From Actinomycetota bacterium (GTDB taxonomy: Bacteria > Actinomycetota > Humimicrobiia > Humimicrobiales > Humimicrobiaceae), in contig JAQVHC010000001.1 of assembly GCA_028696435.1 (NCBI GenBank), forward strand, positions 1 to 41,371: a stretch of 41,371 nt of DNA, given 5' to 3'. The position numbers and the translations under genes were made by a program. Below, one piece after another: positions 17,219-26,211 of this stretch; position 1 is the first letter of the stretch; the number at the start of each line of letters is the position of its first letter. The notes under the pieces are model-generated. The model was not told the DNA's origin, did no database searches, and saw nothing but the letters and a program-made list of their open reading frames with translations.

Positions 17219-20200
17219 ATGCTTGATGAGAGACTAAAAGAAGCTATAAATAAAAAGAGCGGCGATATTCTGATAATCGGGCCACCCGGTTCCGGAAAGA
17301 CTTATACACTATTAAAACTGACAGAATATCTTATAAATACAGAAAAGATAAAACCCGAAAAAATTCTGATTTTCTGTTTTAATCGCAAGTGGTCAAAACT
17401 AATAAGAGAGCAGACAACTTCCCTGGTCAATAAAAGTATTCTTGAAATTCCTATAGAAACTTTCTATTCTTTCTGTACGCGTTTTATAAGCAGGCCAAAC
17501 TTTTTGCTATCTCAAAATAGGATTCAGGATAATAAAAATCATTATATAGAAAAAAATAATGAAGAAAATAATAAAAACATAGAAGATTATTCCTTTTTCG
17601 GTGATCTAAAAGTTTTAAATTCGGTGCAGCAATGGGAATTACTTAAAAGTATTATAAGAGAGCTGGATAAAGAAAAGTATCCTTATACTTTTAAATACAT
17701 GAACTACAATACTTTTACAGAAAACAGTTATATCCAGGAGATTTTTGACTTTATCCTGAGGGCCCAGGAAAATTTATTAACTCCAGAAGATTTACTTAAT
17801 AAGTTTACCCCATTTTTCAACCCTGTGCTTTCGGAGCTATCCGGGATATATTCCAGATATATAAAAGAATTAAAAAGAAACAGCCTGTATAATTATGGAA
17901 TGCTACTGGAGGAAACAGTTAATATACTAAAAAACAGCAAAGAAATAAGAGATTACTATAAGAACTATTATGAGTATATACTTGTTGATGAACTTCAGGA
18001 GATAAATAAGGCCCAGTTTTCAATAATAAAATATCTTTCAAACTCAAACTGTATTTTTTTTGGCAATGACGACCAGTCTATTTATGCTTTCAGGGGTTCA
18101 ACACAAAATATTTTCAGGATGACTTATAAAAAGCTTGAACCGGAAAATGTAATTTATCTGAAGAAAAATTACAGAAACAGTTATTTTATAAATGAAACCT
18201 GCAATAAGTTTATTGAATTAATTAAAGATAGGATACCAAAAGAAGCGGCTTCCACCGATGTTACCGGTGATACTAATATCGGTGGAGAGCTGCATTTAAA
18301 GGAATTCCAGACGTTACTGGAAGAAGCCAATTATATTTCCCGTGAAATCAAATCTCTCTATTTTAAAAAAGGCATAAAGCTTGAGGAGATGGCGATAATA
18401 ATTAAAGGGCTCGGTTACGAGACGCATATTATTGAAAATTCGCTGTCAATGAATGGTATTCCGTTTATAAGAAGGGGTACAAGAAACCTTTTTGATAATA
18501 AGCTTATTAAATATCTGCTTAATTTTATGAGGTTTCTTATTACAGTAAAAAAGATAGAAGATTTAAAAAAAGGTCAGAGTAGCAGCAGTGATAGCAGTGG
18601 TAGTGATATTAATAATGATTTGATAACAGAACTCAATTTTTTAGTAGAAAATCTAATGCTTTCCGAGTTTATAAATCTTGAGCCATTATATTTTAAAAAA
18701 CTGGAAGACCTTTATATGAAGGAGAGAGAAAGTTCCGGCAGTTTGTGGGATTGCTTTAAAACGATGTTTGTAGAAAGGGCTGAAAAAAGGAATAAAAAGG
18801 GAAATAAGAGTAATGTTAAAAATCTTAAATATAAAGAATTGGAAATCACAGCAGAGGATTATAAGAAAAATAAAAACTTAAACTACTATGATATTAAGAA
18901 TAAAGATAGAGAGCATTTAAAAATAATAAATTTCGTTTCAACAACTTATCGTTTGTTAGAAATTATGGACACAATGAATGCACTTGAATTTTCTCTAAGT
19001 CTTGTAAGGGACAGCGGAACAGGTGTTATGAATTATTTAAAAGCTATAAATATTAGCAATGATGGTGCTGATAATAATAAGAGTAATAACATAAGTGACA
19101 GGAGCAGCTGGATAAACCTGGGCGATTTCCTGAATAATGTAAAAGATTTCAGCATAAAAAATATCCCTGGTGATATCACATCATATATTAATTTTGTTGA
19201 TAATGTTATTGAAAGCAAATTCACCGAGGAAATTGAGGAAAGCACAAAGGATATGATTCAGCCTGGTGCAGTCAATATATTCAGTTTTCATCAGTGCAAA
19301 GGCCTGGAATTTAAAGTTGTATTTATACCTTTTGTAAATAAGGACTACTTACCCGCAAAATTTGTTTTTAATAGTATCTATAATCCGGGGATATTCAATC
19401 AGGCGTCGGATGTAAAAAACTCTGATATTGCCTGGCTTAAAAAGGAACACATGTATGGTGAAATAAGACTTTTTTATAATGGCATTACCAGGGCAAGAGA
19501 TTATCTGTATATTACTTCCACTGGTAGAAGAAAATCAATTTTCTTTGAGGAAATGAGAAAGATTTCAGAGAGTCTGGGTTCAGATCTGCACTGTATAGGA
19601 GGAGTTCGCTGCAGAAGTATAGATGAGTATAAAAATGATAAAAGTGATAAAAATACCGTGGGAAAAGAGGAAAAAGAAGAAAAAGGAAATGTGGAGAATA
19701 AAAAGACATTGGCTGGATTAAAGGTAGCTGCAGAACAATCGGAAGTAGCTACAGAGCAAAATGTAAAAATACCCGGAGCAAGCTCGCTGGATAGCCCACT
19801 TGATGATATTGATTTGACAAATATCTGGCTTGCCCGCAGAAAGGCTCTTGTTGCTGTTTCAAGAATGCAAGATAAGCTTAAAATTAATTATAAAAGTTAC
19901 AGAAATCGTATTATTTTTTTAAAGCACTTCTACAATCCAGATACCTGGTGGGATTTTATAATGCCTACCCGGAATGATAAAAATCCGTTTGACTTTTCCG
20001 GACAGTCATTTTCTTTCAGCAGTATTGATACTTTTACGGACTGCCCTCTAAAGTACAAAGCTAAATACTATTTTAGCTTAAAAGAAGAAGAAGATATTAG
20101 CCTTATTATCGGAAAAATTTATCATGAGATTATCAGGATATTTTTTAATGGTGGAGACGATTACAGCTGGGAAAGGCTTGAAAAAATAATAGATGATATA

Positions 20201-20740
20201 TTTGAAGAGTCTAATTTTGATTTTAAATTTTTAAAAAAAGATTTCAAAGAAAATGCGCTGATACAATTCAAAAATTTCTTTGAAAATTTGATGCCGTCTG
20301 ATCCGCAGAATTCTATTACCGAAAAGGAATTTTCATTTAATATAGGAAGTGAAAACATAACTGGAAGAATAGACCAGATCAATATTATAAGTGATAGAGA
20401 TATAGAGATTGTTGACTACAAGTCCGGATCGTCTTCATATAGTGACAGAGAGTTAAAAGAAGAATTGCAGTTGAAAACATACAGAATGGCTGTCGATGTC
20501 AGCGAGGATTTGATAGATTTTAAATCTATGAATGTAAAAATGAAATATATCTGTCTTGGAAACTTAAGAAAATCATTGTATATAGTTCCTGAAGAATACT
20601 ACAGCAGAGATGAAATCAGCCACAGGTTAGGCGAAAGCATATCTGCCATAAAGAAAGAAGAGTTTAAAGCTAAACCCAGAAACTATAACTCCTGTACAAA
20701 TTGTGGATTTAAAATTTTATGTCCCAGATACTATGGATGA
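17219..20740 (+). CDS. UvrD/PcrA-type SF1 helicase fused to a Cas4/AddB-type PD-(D/E)XK nuclease with a 4-Cys cluster (AddB/AdnA-like subunit)
   Basis: Motifs seen: IIGPPGSGKT, ETFYSFC, ILVDELQE, GNDDQSIYAFRGS, KKNYRNS, FHQCKGLEFKVVF and NGITRARDYLYI. The C-terminal nuclease has DCPLKYK, GRIDQI, IVDYKSG, QLKTYRMA and CTNCGFKILCP. Confidence 0.8.
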   Translation: MLDERLKEAINKKSGDILIIGPPGSGKTYTLLKLTEYLINTEKIKPEKILIFCFNRKWSKLIREQTTSLVNKSILEIPIETFYSFCTRFISRPNFLLSQNRIQDNKNHYIEKNNEENNKNIEDYSFFGDLKVLNSVQQWELLKSIIRELDKEKYPYTFKYMNYNTFTENSYIQEIFDFILRAQENLLTPEDLLNKFTPFFNPVLSELSGIYSRYIKELKRNSLYNYGMLLEETVNILKNSKEIRDYYKNYYEYILVDELQEINKAQFSIIKYLSNSNCIFFGNDDQSIYAFRGSTQNIFRMTYKKLEPENVIYLKKNYRNSYFINETCNKFIELIKDRIPKEAASTDVTGDTNIGGELHLKEFQTLLEEANYISREIKSLYFKKGIKLEEMAIIIKGLGYETHIIENSLSMNGIPFIRRGTRNLFDNKLIKYLLNFMRFLITVKKIEDLKKGQSSSSDSSGSDINNDLITELNFLVENLMLSEFINLEPLYFKKLEDLYMKERESSGSLWDCFKTMFVERAEKRNKKGNKSNVKNLKYKELEITAEDYKKNKNLNYYDIKNKDREHLKIINFVSTTYRLLEIMDTMNALEFSLSLVRDSGTGVMNYLKAINISNDGADNNKSNNISDRSSWINLGDFLNNVKDFSIKNIPGDITSYINFVDNVIESKFTEEIEESTKDMIQPGAVNIFSFHQCKGLEFKVVFIPFVNKDYLPAKFVFNSIYNPGIFNQASDVKNSDIAWLKKEHMYGEIRLFYNGITRARDYLYITSTGRRKSIFFEEMRKISESLGSDLHCIGGVRCRSIDEYKNDKSDKNTVGKEEKEEKGNVENKKTLAGLKVAAEQSEVATEQNVKIPGASSLDSPLDDIDLTNIWLARRKALVAVSRMQDKLKINYKSYRNRIIFLKHFYNPDTWWDFIMPTRNDKNPFDFSGQSFSFSSIDTFTDCPLKYKAKYYFSLKEEEDISLIIGKIYHEIIRIFFNGGDDYSWERLEKIIDDIFEESNFDFKFLKKDFKENALIQFKNFFENLMPSDPQNSITEKEFSFNIGSENITGRIDQINIISDRDIEIVDYKSGSSSYSDRELKEELQLKTYRMAVDVSEDLIDFKSMNVKMKYICLGNLRKSLYIVPEEYYSRDEISHRLGESISAIKKEEFKAKPRNYNSCTNCGFKILCPRYYG

Positions 20741-20841
20741 AGGGATTAAAGAAGACCAGGAGATAAGAAAATTAAATAAACCTGGAGATAAAAAGCCATC
20801 CAGGCTCCAGAGTAAATTAAATATACTATGAATAAAAAAAT

Positions 20842-23800
20842 ATGAATAAAGAAATTAAAGAAACACCGGAACAACTTAATATAATTAATAGTTCTGCCGA
20901 AATAAAAAGAATAATCGCATGTGCTGGCTCCGGTAAGACCCACACCATAACCAGCAGTATCATAAAAATTTTAAATGAAGAAATTTGCTCTCCGGATAAT
21001 ATACTGGTTCTTACTTTTACCAGGAATGCTGCTGAAAATATGAGAACAAGGGTTAGAGAAAATATAAAAACAGGTATTGATTCCGAGGACATTAATATAT
21101 TCACTTTTAACTCATTTGGGAATGATATTATATCAGAGAATAATTTTGAATTCGGTCTGGGAAAAGACTTCAATATTATAAATAGCAGTCAGTCATGGCA
21201 GATAATATATGAAATATTTGATGAATTAAACTTTGAGTATATAAAAGCAAAAAAGAAAGAAGGCGAATTTGTCCAGAATTTACTCAACTATATAGAAAAT
21301 TTAAAAAACAATCTGATATCTGTTAGTGAGTTCAGAGAGTATCTTGATAATTATAAGGAAATTCTTTCTTCTTATAGTAGCAGGGCTTTAAGGAGAAAAG
21401 AAGAAGAATCAATAAATGTTCAAAGAGAGCTCTTTTTTATTTATCAGGAATATGAAAACAGGAAGATAAAAAGTAATTGTATAGATTATTCTGACCAGGT
21501 ATTTCTGCCTTATTTTCTTCTAAAGGAGAGAAAATCAATAAGAGCCAGATATCGCAGAAGGTATAAATATATATTTGTTGATGAGTTTCAGGATACGAAT
21601 GTTGCCCAGGCATATCTTCTTTCATTACTTTATGAACCGGATTATAACAGACTTGTAGTAGTTGGAGACGATGACCAGGGAATTTACTCTTTTAGAGGTG
21701 CCTGTGTGGAAAATATTCTGGATTTTCATAAGTTTGATAAATTTAAAGACCACCCTGTTTATGATTTTTACCTTACTACAAATTTCAGGTCAGGAAGTAA
21801 TATCATAAATACAATAAACAATATTATTTCTGCAAATAAAAAAAGATTTACCAAGGAGCTAAAACCCGAAAGCATCAAAAAAGAATCAGAAGTGTTATTT
21901 TATTCTAAAAAAACTCACGTAGAAGAAGCATCTGAAATTGCAGAGATGATAAAATACCTTGCTTCAGAGGGTGTCAGATTAAAAGAAATTGCAATACTTG
22001 CCCGCAGAAAGAGATTTGAAAAAATTATTAAAGCGCTTGATGCAAATGGTATAAAATTTGAGCTGATAGGCGGGAAGAATTTTTTCTTTGAGCCTGAAAT
22101 TTTATTTATCATTTCCTGGCTTAAGGTAATAGAAGATATAAATGATGAGATATCTCTTGCCTACATTCTTAAATCAGATAAATATAAAATCTGTGATAGA
22201 GATATGTATTTTATTAAAAGAAAACCGGAAAACCCTGAAGAAAAAATAAGTTTGATAAGTGGAATACTGGATTATGCAGAAAACCCTCATATAAGTGAAG
22301 AAACAAAAAAAAGGTTAAAGGGCTTTCTTACCAGCCTGAGATTATATATTAAAAAGTCTGGTGAGCTGGAGCTAAAAGAGCTTGTCAGTCTAATTATTGA
22401 AGATTCCGGAATGATGAACGAATTAAAATCAAAATTTGGACCGACTGCCAGGAGGAAAATTAAAAATATTGAAAGCCTTATAAAGGTTTCCTCTGATTTT
22501 CAGCAGAGTTATTCAAAAAGTAATCTATCCGGTTTTATAACCTATCTAAGAGATGTAGCAAAAACCGATTATGATAATCCGGAAACAATGGAGTTTTCTG
22601 GTGAAAATTCAGTAAAAATAATGAGCATCCATGCAGCAAAAGGGCTCGAGTTTGAAGTTGTTTTTTTGCCTGCGTTGTGGAAAAGCGATTATATGGGGAG
22701 AACCCGGGGTAAAGATTATATGATACCTGCTGAGTTAAGAAAGGATAATAGTCTGTGGAAGGAAATGAAAAATTATAAAAGTGAGGCTGAATTTAAAAAA
22801 GCTCTGGATAATATAAAACTTGAAGAGGAGAGAAGGATATTTTATGTGGCATGCAGCAGGGCAAAAAGAATGCTGGTTCTTTCATATAGTGAATTTGAAG
22901 ATGATGAAGCTTGCAGTAATGAGAACGCCAGTCCAAAAGAGATAGTTCCCTTTTTTGACGATATTGTTAATAACGATAATGATGGAAAGTTAAGAATAGT
23001 AAATAGAGAAGGCCTGGAATTTGTAAGGGATAATTATGATAAAAAACTTTATAACAACTATTATGATTATATGGAAGTTTTTAATTTTGCAGGGCTTACT
23101 GCAAAAGATGATAAGAAGAAAAAAAGTAAAAAAAGCAAAGAAAATAAAAGGAATAATTTACTATTTACTGAAAAAAAATGGAGCGATTTACAAAAAAAAC
23201 TGGCTTCCGATATTTTAGGGCATATTAGTTTAGAGCAGAAAGAAGGAAGAATTAAGGAAGAAGGCAAAATTAGTTCAGAGGACGAAGAAAGCGAAATTAT
23301 AAGAAGGATAAATATAGCTAATTCAAGCTTAATTGCAGGGAATAGTTATCCGCATATAAAAAAAGATGAAAACTTTTTCCCTTTAACGCAGATCCTTGAT
23401 TACAAAAAGTGTCCCTTATTATATAAATGGAAATATGTTTATTTAATACCGGAGAAATCAGGTGAAGAGTTGGAATGGGGTGAGAAACTTCATAAATATA
23501 TAGAAAATATAACTCTGGCTGGCTTTAATAGTAACAGGCAAAGTGGAGATAGGGCTGTTGATGGGCAGGATAAAGTTAATAATAAAATTACAGAAGATAT
23601 GATCATCGGACAGTTTGAAGATGAGAATACACGAAGATATATTGGAAATTTTCTTAAGAGTAAATGCTGGGATTTTTCCGGAGTAGAATCTTTGATGCTT
23701 GAACAGCTTTTTTACTGGAAAGTAAAAAATTTCTTTATTGTAGGTAAGTTTGATAGAGTTGATATTAGGAAGAATGGTGAAATCAGAGTTATCGACTATA

Positions 23801-24183
23801 AACTTTCAAGCTATGCCAGGAATGAGAATAAGGGTATAACGAATCATAATCAAGCTGATGTAAGCAGTGATTTGAATAATAATCTTTACGGGGCTGGCGA
23901 TGGCAGGGCAGGAGATTTATATTTCTTTCAACTGGGGTCTTATATTGCTGCATTGTCAGGGATCTATAATAAACCTGCCAGAGATATAACAGGTTTTCTT
24001 TTATATCTTAAGGATGGAGTTGAAAGATCAATTAAGTTTAAAGATGATGAAATAAAAGAATTAAAACAGGATATTATTTCTATAATAGATAACATTTTAA
24101 ACAATAATTTTAATGTCAATTTCACCAGTGGGTGCAAAAAGCACTGCTCTTATTCTGAATTCTGTTGTAGCATTTATGATTAA
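20842..24183 (+). CDS. UvrD/PcrA-type SF1 helicase fused to a PD-(D/E)XK nuclease with a 4-Cys cluster (AddA/AdnB-like subunit)
   Basis: Motifs seen: IACAGSGKTHT, TFNSFG, IFVDEFQDTN, VVGDDDQGIYSFRGA, TTNFRSG, IHAAKGLEFEVVF and YVACSRAKRML. The C-terminal nuclease has KCPLLYKWKY, GKFDRVD, VIDYKLS, FQLGSY and CKKHCSYSEFCC. Confidence 0.82.
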   Translation: MNKEIKETPEQLNIINSSAEIKRIIACAGSGKTHTITSSIIKILNEEICSPDNILVLTFTRNAAENMRTRVRENIKTGIDSEDINIFTFNSFGNDIISENNFEFGLGKDFNIINSSQSWQIIYEIFDELNFEYIKAKKKEGEFVQNLLNYIENLKNNLISVSEFREYLDNYKEILSSYSSRALRRKEEESINVQRELFFIYQEYENRKIKSNCIDYSDQVFLPYFLLKERKSIRARYRRRYKYIFVDEFQDTNVAQAYLLSLLYEPDYNRLVVVGDDDQGIYSFRGACVENILDFHKFDKFKDHPVYDFYLTTNFRSGSNIINTINNIISANKKRFTKELKPESIKKESEVLFYSKKTHVEEASEIAEMIKYLASEGVRLKEIAILARRKRFEKIIKALDANGIKFELIGGKNFFFEPEILFIISWLKVIEDINDEISLAYILKSDKYKICDRDMYFIKRKPENPEEKISLISGILDYAENPHISEETKKRLKGFLTSLRLYIKKSGELELKELVSLIIEDSGMMNELKSKFGPTARRKIKNIESLIKVSSDFQQSYSKSNLSGFITYLRDVAKTDYDNPETMEFSGENSVKIMSIHAAKGLEFEVVFLPALWKSDYMGRTRGKDYMIPAELRKDNSLWKEMKNYKSEAEFKKALDNIKLEEERRIFYVACSRAKRMLVLSYSEFEDDEACSNENASPKEIVPFFDDIVNNDNDGKLRIVNREGLEFVRDNYDKKLYNNYYDYMEVFNFAGLTAKDDKKKKSKKSKENKRNNLLFTEKKWSDLQKKLASDILGHISLEQKEGRIKEEGKISSEDEESEIIRRINIANSSLIAGNSYPHIKKDENFFPLTQILDYKKCPLLYKWKYVYLIPEKSGEELEWGEKLHKYIENITLAGFNSNRQSGDRAVDGQDKVNNKITEDMIIGQFEDENTRRYIGNFLKSKCWDFSGVESLMLEQLFYWKVKNFFIVGKFDRVDIRKNGEIRVIDYKLSSYARNENKGITNHNQADVSSDLNNNLYGAGDGRAGDLYFFQLGSYIAALSGIYNKPARDITGFLLYLKDGVERSIKFKDDEIKELKQDIISIIDNILNNNFNVNFTSGCKKHCSYSEFCCSIYD

Positions 24184-24283
24184 AATAAGAGACTGTATAC
24201 CCGTGTATTATTTGTTTCTTATCAGAGACCGTGCCTTAAAGACATATATCAAACTCTATTTTAGAGCCAGTATAAATTGAATA

Positions 24284-25210
24284 TTATATTTGTACTTTAG
24301 TGCACCAATCAGAGTACTGTTCAATTTCATTTTTTACTACTCTGAAATAGAGATCCTGAAGTCTTTTTGTGATAGGACCAATTTCGCCAGTTCCTATTGC
24401 CCGTTTATCCACAGAACCTATGGGAGAAATCTGTGCTCCTGTTCCTGTAAAAAATAGTTCATCAGCAGTGTATAGTTCTGTTCTATCGATAGACCTTTCT
24501 ATAGTTTCTATACCTTCAATTTCCTTTGCAATTTTCATTACTGTGTCTCTCGTTATCCCTTCAAGTATATCATCTGTAGGAGGCGGGGTGATTAAAATAC
24601 CATTTTTCACCATGAAAAAATTCATAGCACTTCCTTCACTTACATGTCTCCCATCAGTTGTCAGTGTAAGAGCTTCATCATAGCCGTTTAAAAGAGCATC
24701 TGATTTTTGCAAAGCGGCATTTACATATGAACCTGTTATTTTTGCCCGTGGTGGTATAGAATTATCCGGAATACGATCCCATGAGGAAATACAAACACTG
24801 ACTGGTTTATCTATTTCAATATACTTTCCAAGCGGTATGACGTATATGGATAATTCCTGGTCATCACCGATTAATTTGGGTCCTATATCAAGATTGCTGT
24901 TATATGCAAATGGTCTTATGTAGCAATCTTCGGTGTACATTTCTTTTTTTAACAATTCCAGTGTTATGTTGCAGAGCTCTTCCAGGGAGTATTTTATCTT
25001 TATCATCATAATTCTGGAGTTTGCGATAAATCTTTTATAATGGTCCTCCATCCTAAAGACATAACCAGTTTTTGTCTTTTCGTTCCAGTAGCATCTGATT
25101 CCTTCAAAGATTCCTGTACCATATTGCAGGGCATTTGTTCTAATATCTACTCTGGCTTCCTCAATTGAAACTATTTTCCCTTCAAAAAAAGCGTATTGGG
25201 GTTTATTCAT
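24284..25210 (-). CDS. ilvE: Branched-chain-amino-acid aminotransferase (fold type IV PLP enzyme)
   Basis: 308 aa with YGTGIFEGIRCY, EGSAMNFFMVKNGILITPP and GITRDTV, typical of IlvE. Confidence 0.85.
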   Translation of the reverse strand: MNKPQYAFFEGKIVSIEEARVDIRTNALQYGTGIFEGIRCYWNEKTKTGYVFRMEDHYKRFIANSRIMMIKIKYSLEELCNITLELLKKEMYTEDCYIRPFAYNSNLDIGPKLIGDDQELSIYVIPLGKYIEIDKPVSVCISSWDRIPDNSIPPRAKITGSYVNAALQKSDALLNGYDEALTLTTDGRHVSEGSAMNFFMVKNGILITPPPTDDILEGITRDTVMKIAKEIEGIETIERSIDRTELYTADELFFTGTGAQISPIGSVDKRAIGTGEIGPITKRLQDLYFRVVKNEIEQYSDWCTKVQI

Positions 25211-25446
25211 AATAACCTCTTTCCTTGATTTTGGTTTACAATATTTTACTTATTCCTATTTATTTTAAACAAATTTTGTAATTAGACAAGTATTATAAAG
25301 GGTTATTTTAAAACTATTATATAAACCCTGAAATCAACACTATGTAGCCATTGTAATCAATTGCTTTTTTAACATTCTCTGTGTATTATAATAATGAAAG
25401 ATTAAAATTCAAGAACTACAGAACTAATATACTAATATAATAGATG

Positions 25447-25497
25447 ATTAGTACTCACAAATTATAGAACCAATATAATGTCAATTAGCACTCACAA
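25447..25497. repeat. Two copies of a 14-nt direct repeat ATTAG(T/C)ACTCACAA, 37 nt apart, just upstream of the corrinoid operon
   Basis: The copies are ATTAGTACTCACAA at 25447-25460 and ATTAGCACTCACAA at 25484-25497, both followed by (A/GG)TTATA. The second copy ends 43 nt before the ATG at 25541. Confidence 0.4.
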
Positions 25498-25540
25498 GGT
25501 TATAAAATAAAATGTAATCCAGGGAAGGAGGTATAAAAGC

Positions 25541-26173
25541 ATGAATAAAGATTTAGTTAGCACGATAGCTGATTTGAATGAACAAGAAGCTCTTAAAATT
25601 GTAAAAGATAGGCTAAGTGCCGGTGAAGACCCGCTCAAGATTATGGAAGATGCCAGAAAAGGTCTGGAAATTGTTGGCGAACGTTTTGCCAGCAGTGAGT
25701 ACTTTATACCTGACCTGGTATATTCTGGTGAAATCATGAAGTTGATAACCGAGTTAGTCAAACCGCAGTTGACGCGAGAAGAAGAGACCAGGAAATCAGG
25801 TAAGATTGTTTTCGGTACAGTTAGAGGCGATATACACGACATCGGTAAAAACATAGTCACCTTTATGCTTGATGTGAATGGCTTTGAAGTTATTGACCTC
25901 GGTGTAGATGTCCCCGAGCAGAAGTTTGTGGACAAGATAAAAGAGAGTGGTGCTTCAATTGTTGGGTTAAGTGGCTTTCTTACGCTCGCTTTTGATTCTA
26001 TGAAACAAACCATAAGGGCAATTGAAGATGCTGGCCTGCGGGACAGTGTAAAGGTGATGATTGGCGGCGGCCAGATAAGTGAGGAGATAAGAAAATACAC
26101 CGGTGCAGATGCCTATGGCAAAGATGCCATGGCCGGCGTTACTCTGGCTAAGAAATGGACTGGCGTTAATTAA
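25541..26173 (+). CDS. Corrinoid (cobalamin-binding) protein of a methyltransferase system (MtaC/MtbC/MtqC-like)
   Basis: 210 aa with an N-terminal helical cap and a Rossmann B12-binding domain carrying the DxHxxG motif (GDIHDIGKNIV), then GLSGFLT and MIGGG. Confidence 0.88.
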   Translation: MNKDLVSTIADLNEQEALKIVKDRLSAGEDPLKIMEDARKGLEIVGERFASSEYFIPDLVYSGEIMKLITELVKPQLTREEETRKSGKIVFGTVRGDIHDIGKNIVTFMLDVNGFEVIDLGVDVPEQKFVDKIKESGASIVGLSGFLTLAFDSMKQTIRAIEDAGLRDSVKVMIGGGQISEEIRKYTGADAYGKDAMAGVTLAKKWTGVN

Positions 26174-26211
26174 AAAATCTTAGCCGTGAAATTGTAGAAA
26201 GGAGAATAAAA

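Noticed and set aside
17036-24183. tRNA-Gly as an integration site, with the two helicase-nuclease genes as a mobile or defence island
   Set aside because: There is no integrase, no direct repeat of the tRNA 3' end downstream and no compositional change. The codon usage matches the AT-rich backbone, with AGA, ATA and TTA prevalent. The domain architecture fits the housekeeping AddAB/AdnAB end-resection enzyme rather than known defence helicase-nuclease pairs.
25211-25540. Cobalamin riboswitch upstream of the corrinoid operon, or a T-box leader upstream of ilvE on the minus strand
   Set aside because: The spacer contains neither a B12-box-like GC-rich core nor a T-box sequence (GGTGGTACC-like) on either strand. 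It is almost pure A/T apart from the direct repeats reported above.
25492-26100. 202-aa minus-strand ORF antisense to the corrinoid protein gene
   Set aside because: The plus-strand ORF carries the DxHxxG cobalamin-binding motif and an operon context. The antisense ORF is Ser/Pro/Ile-rich with no recognisable domain, so it is a shadow ORF.
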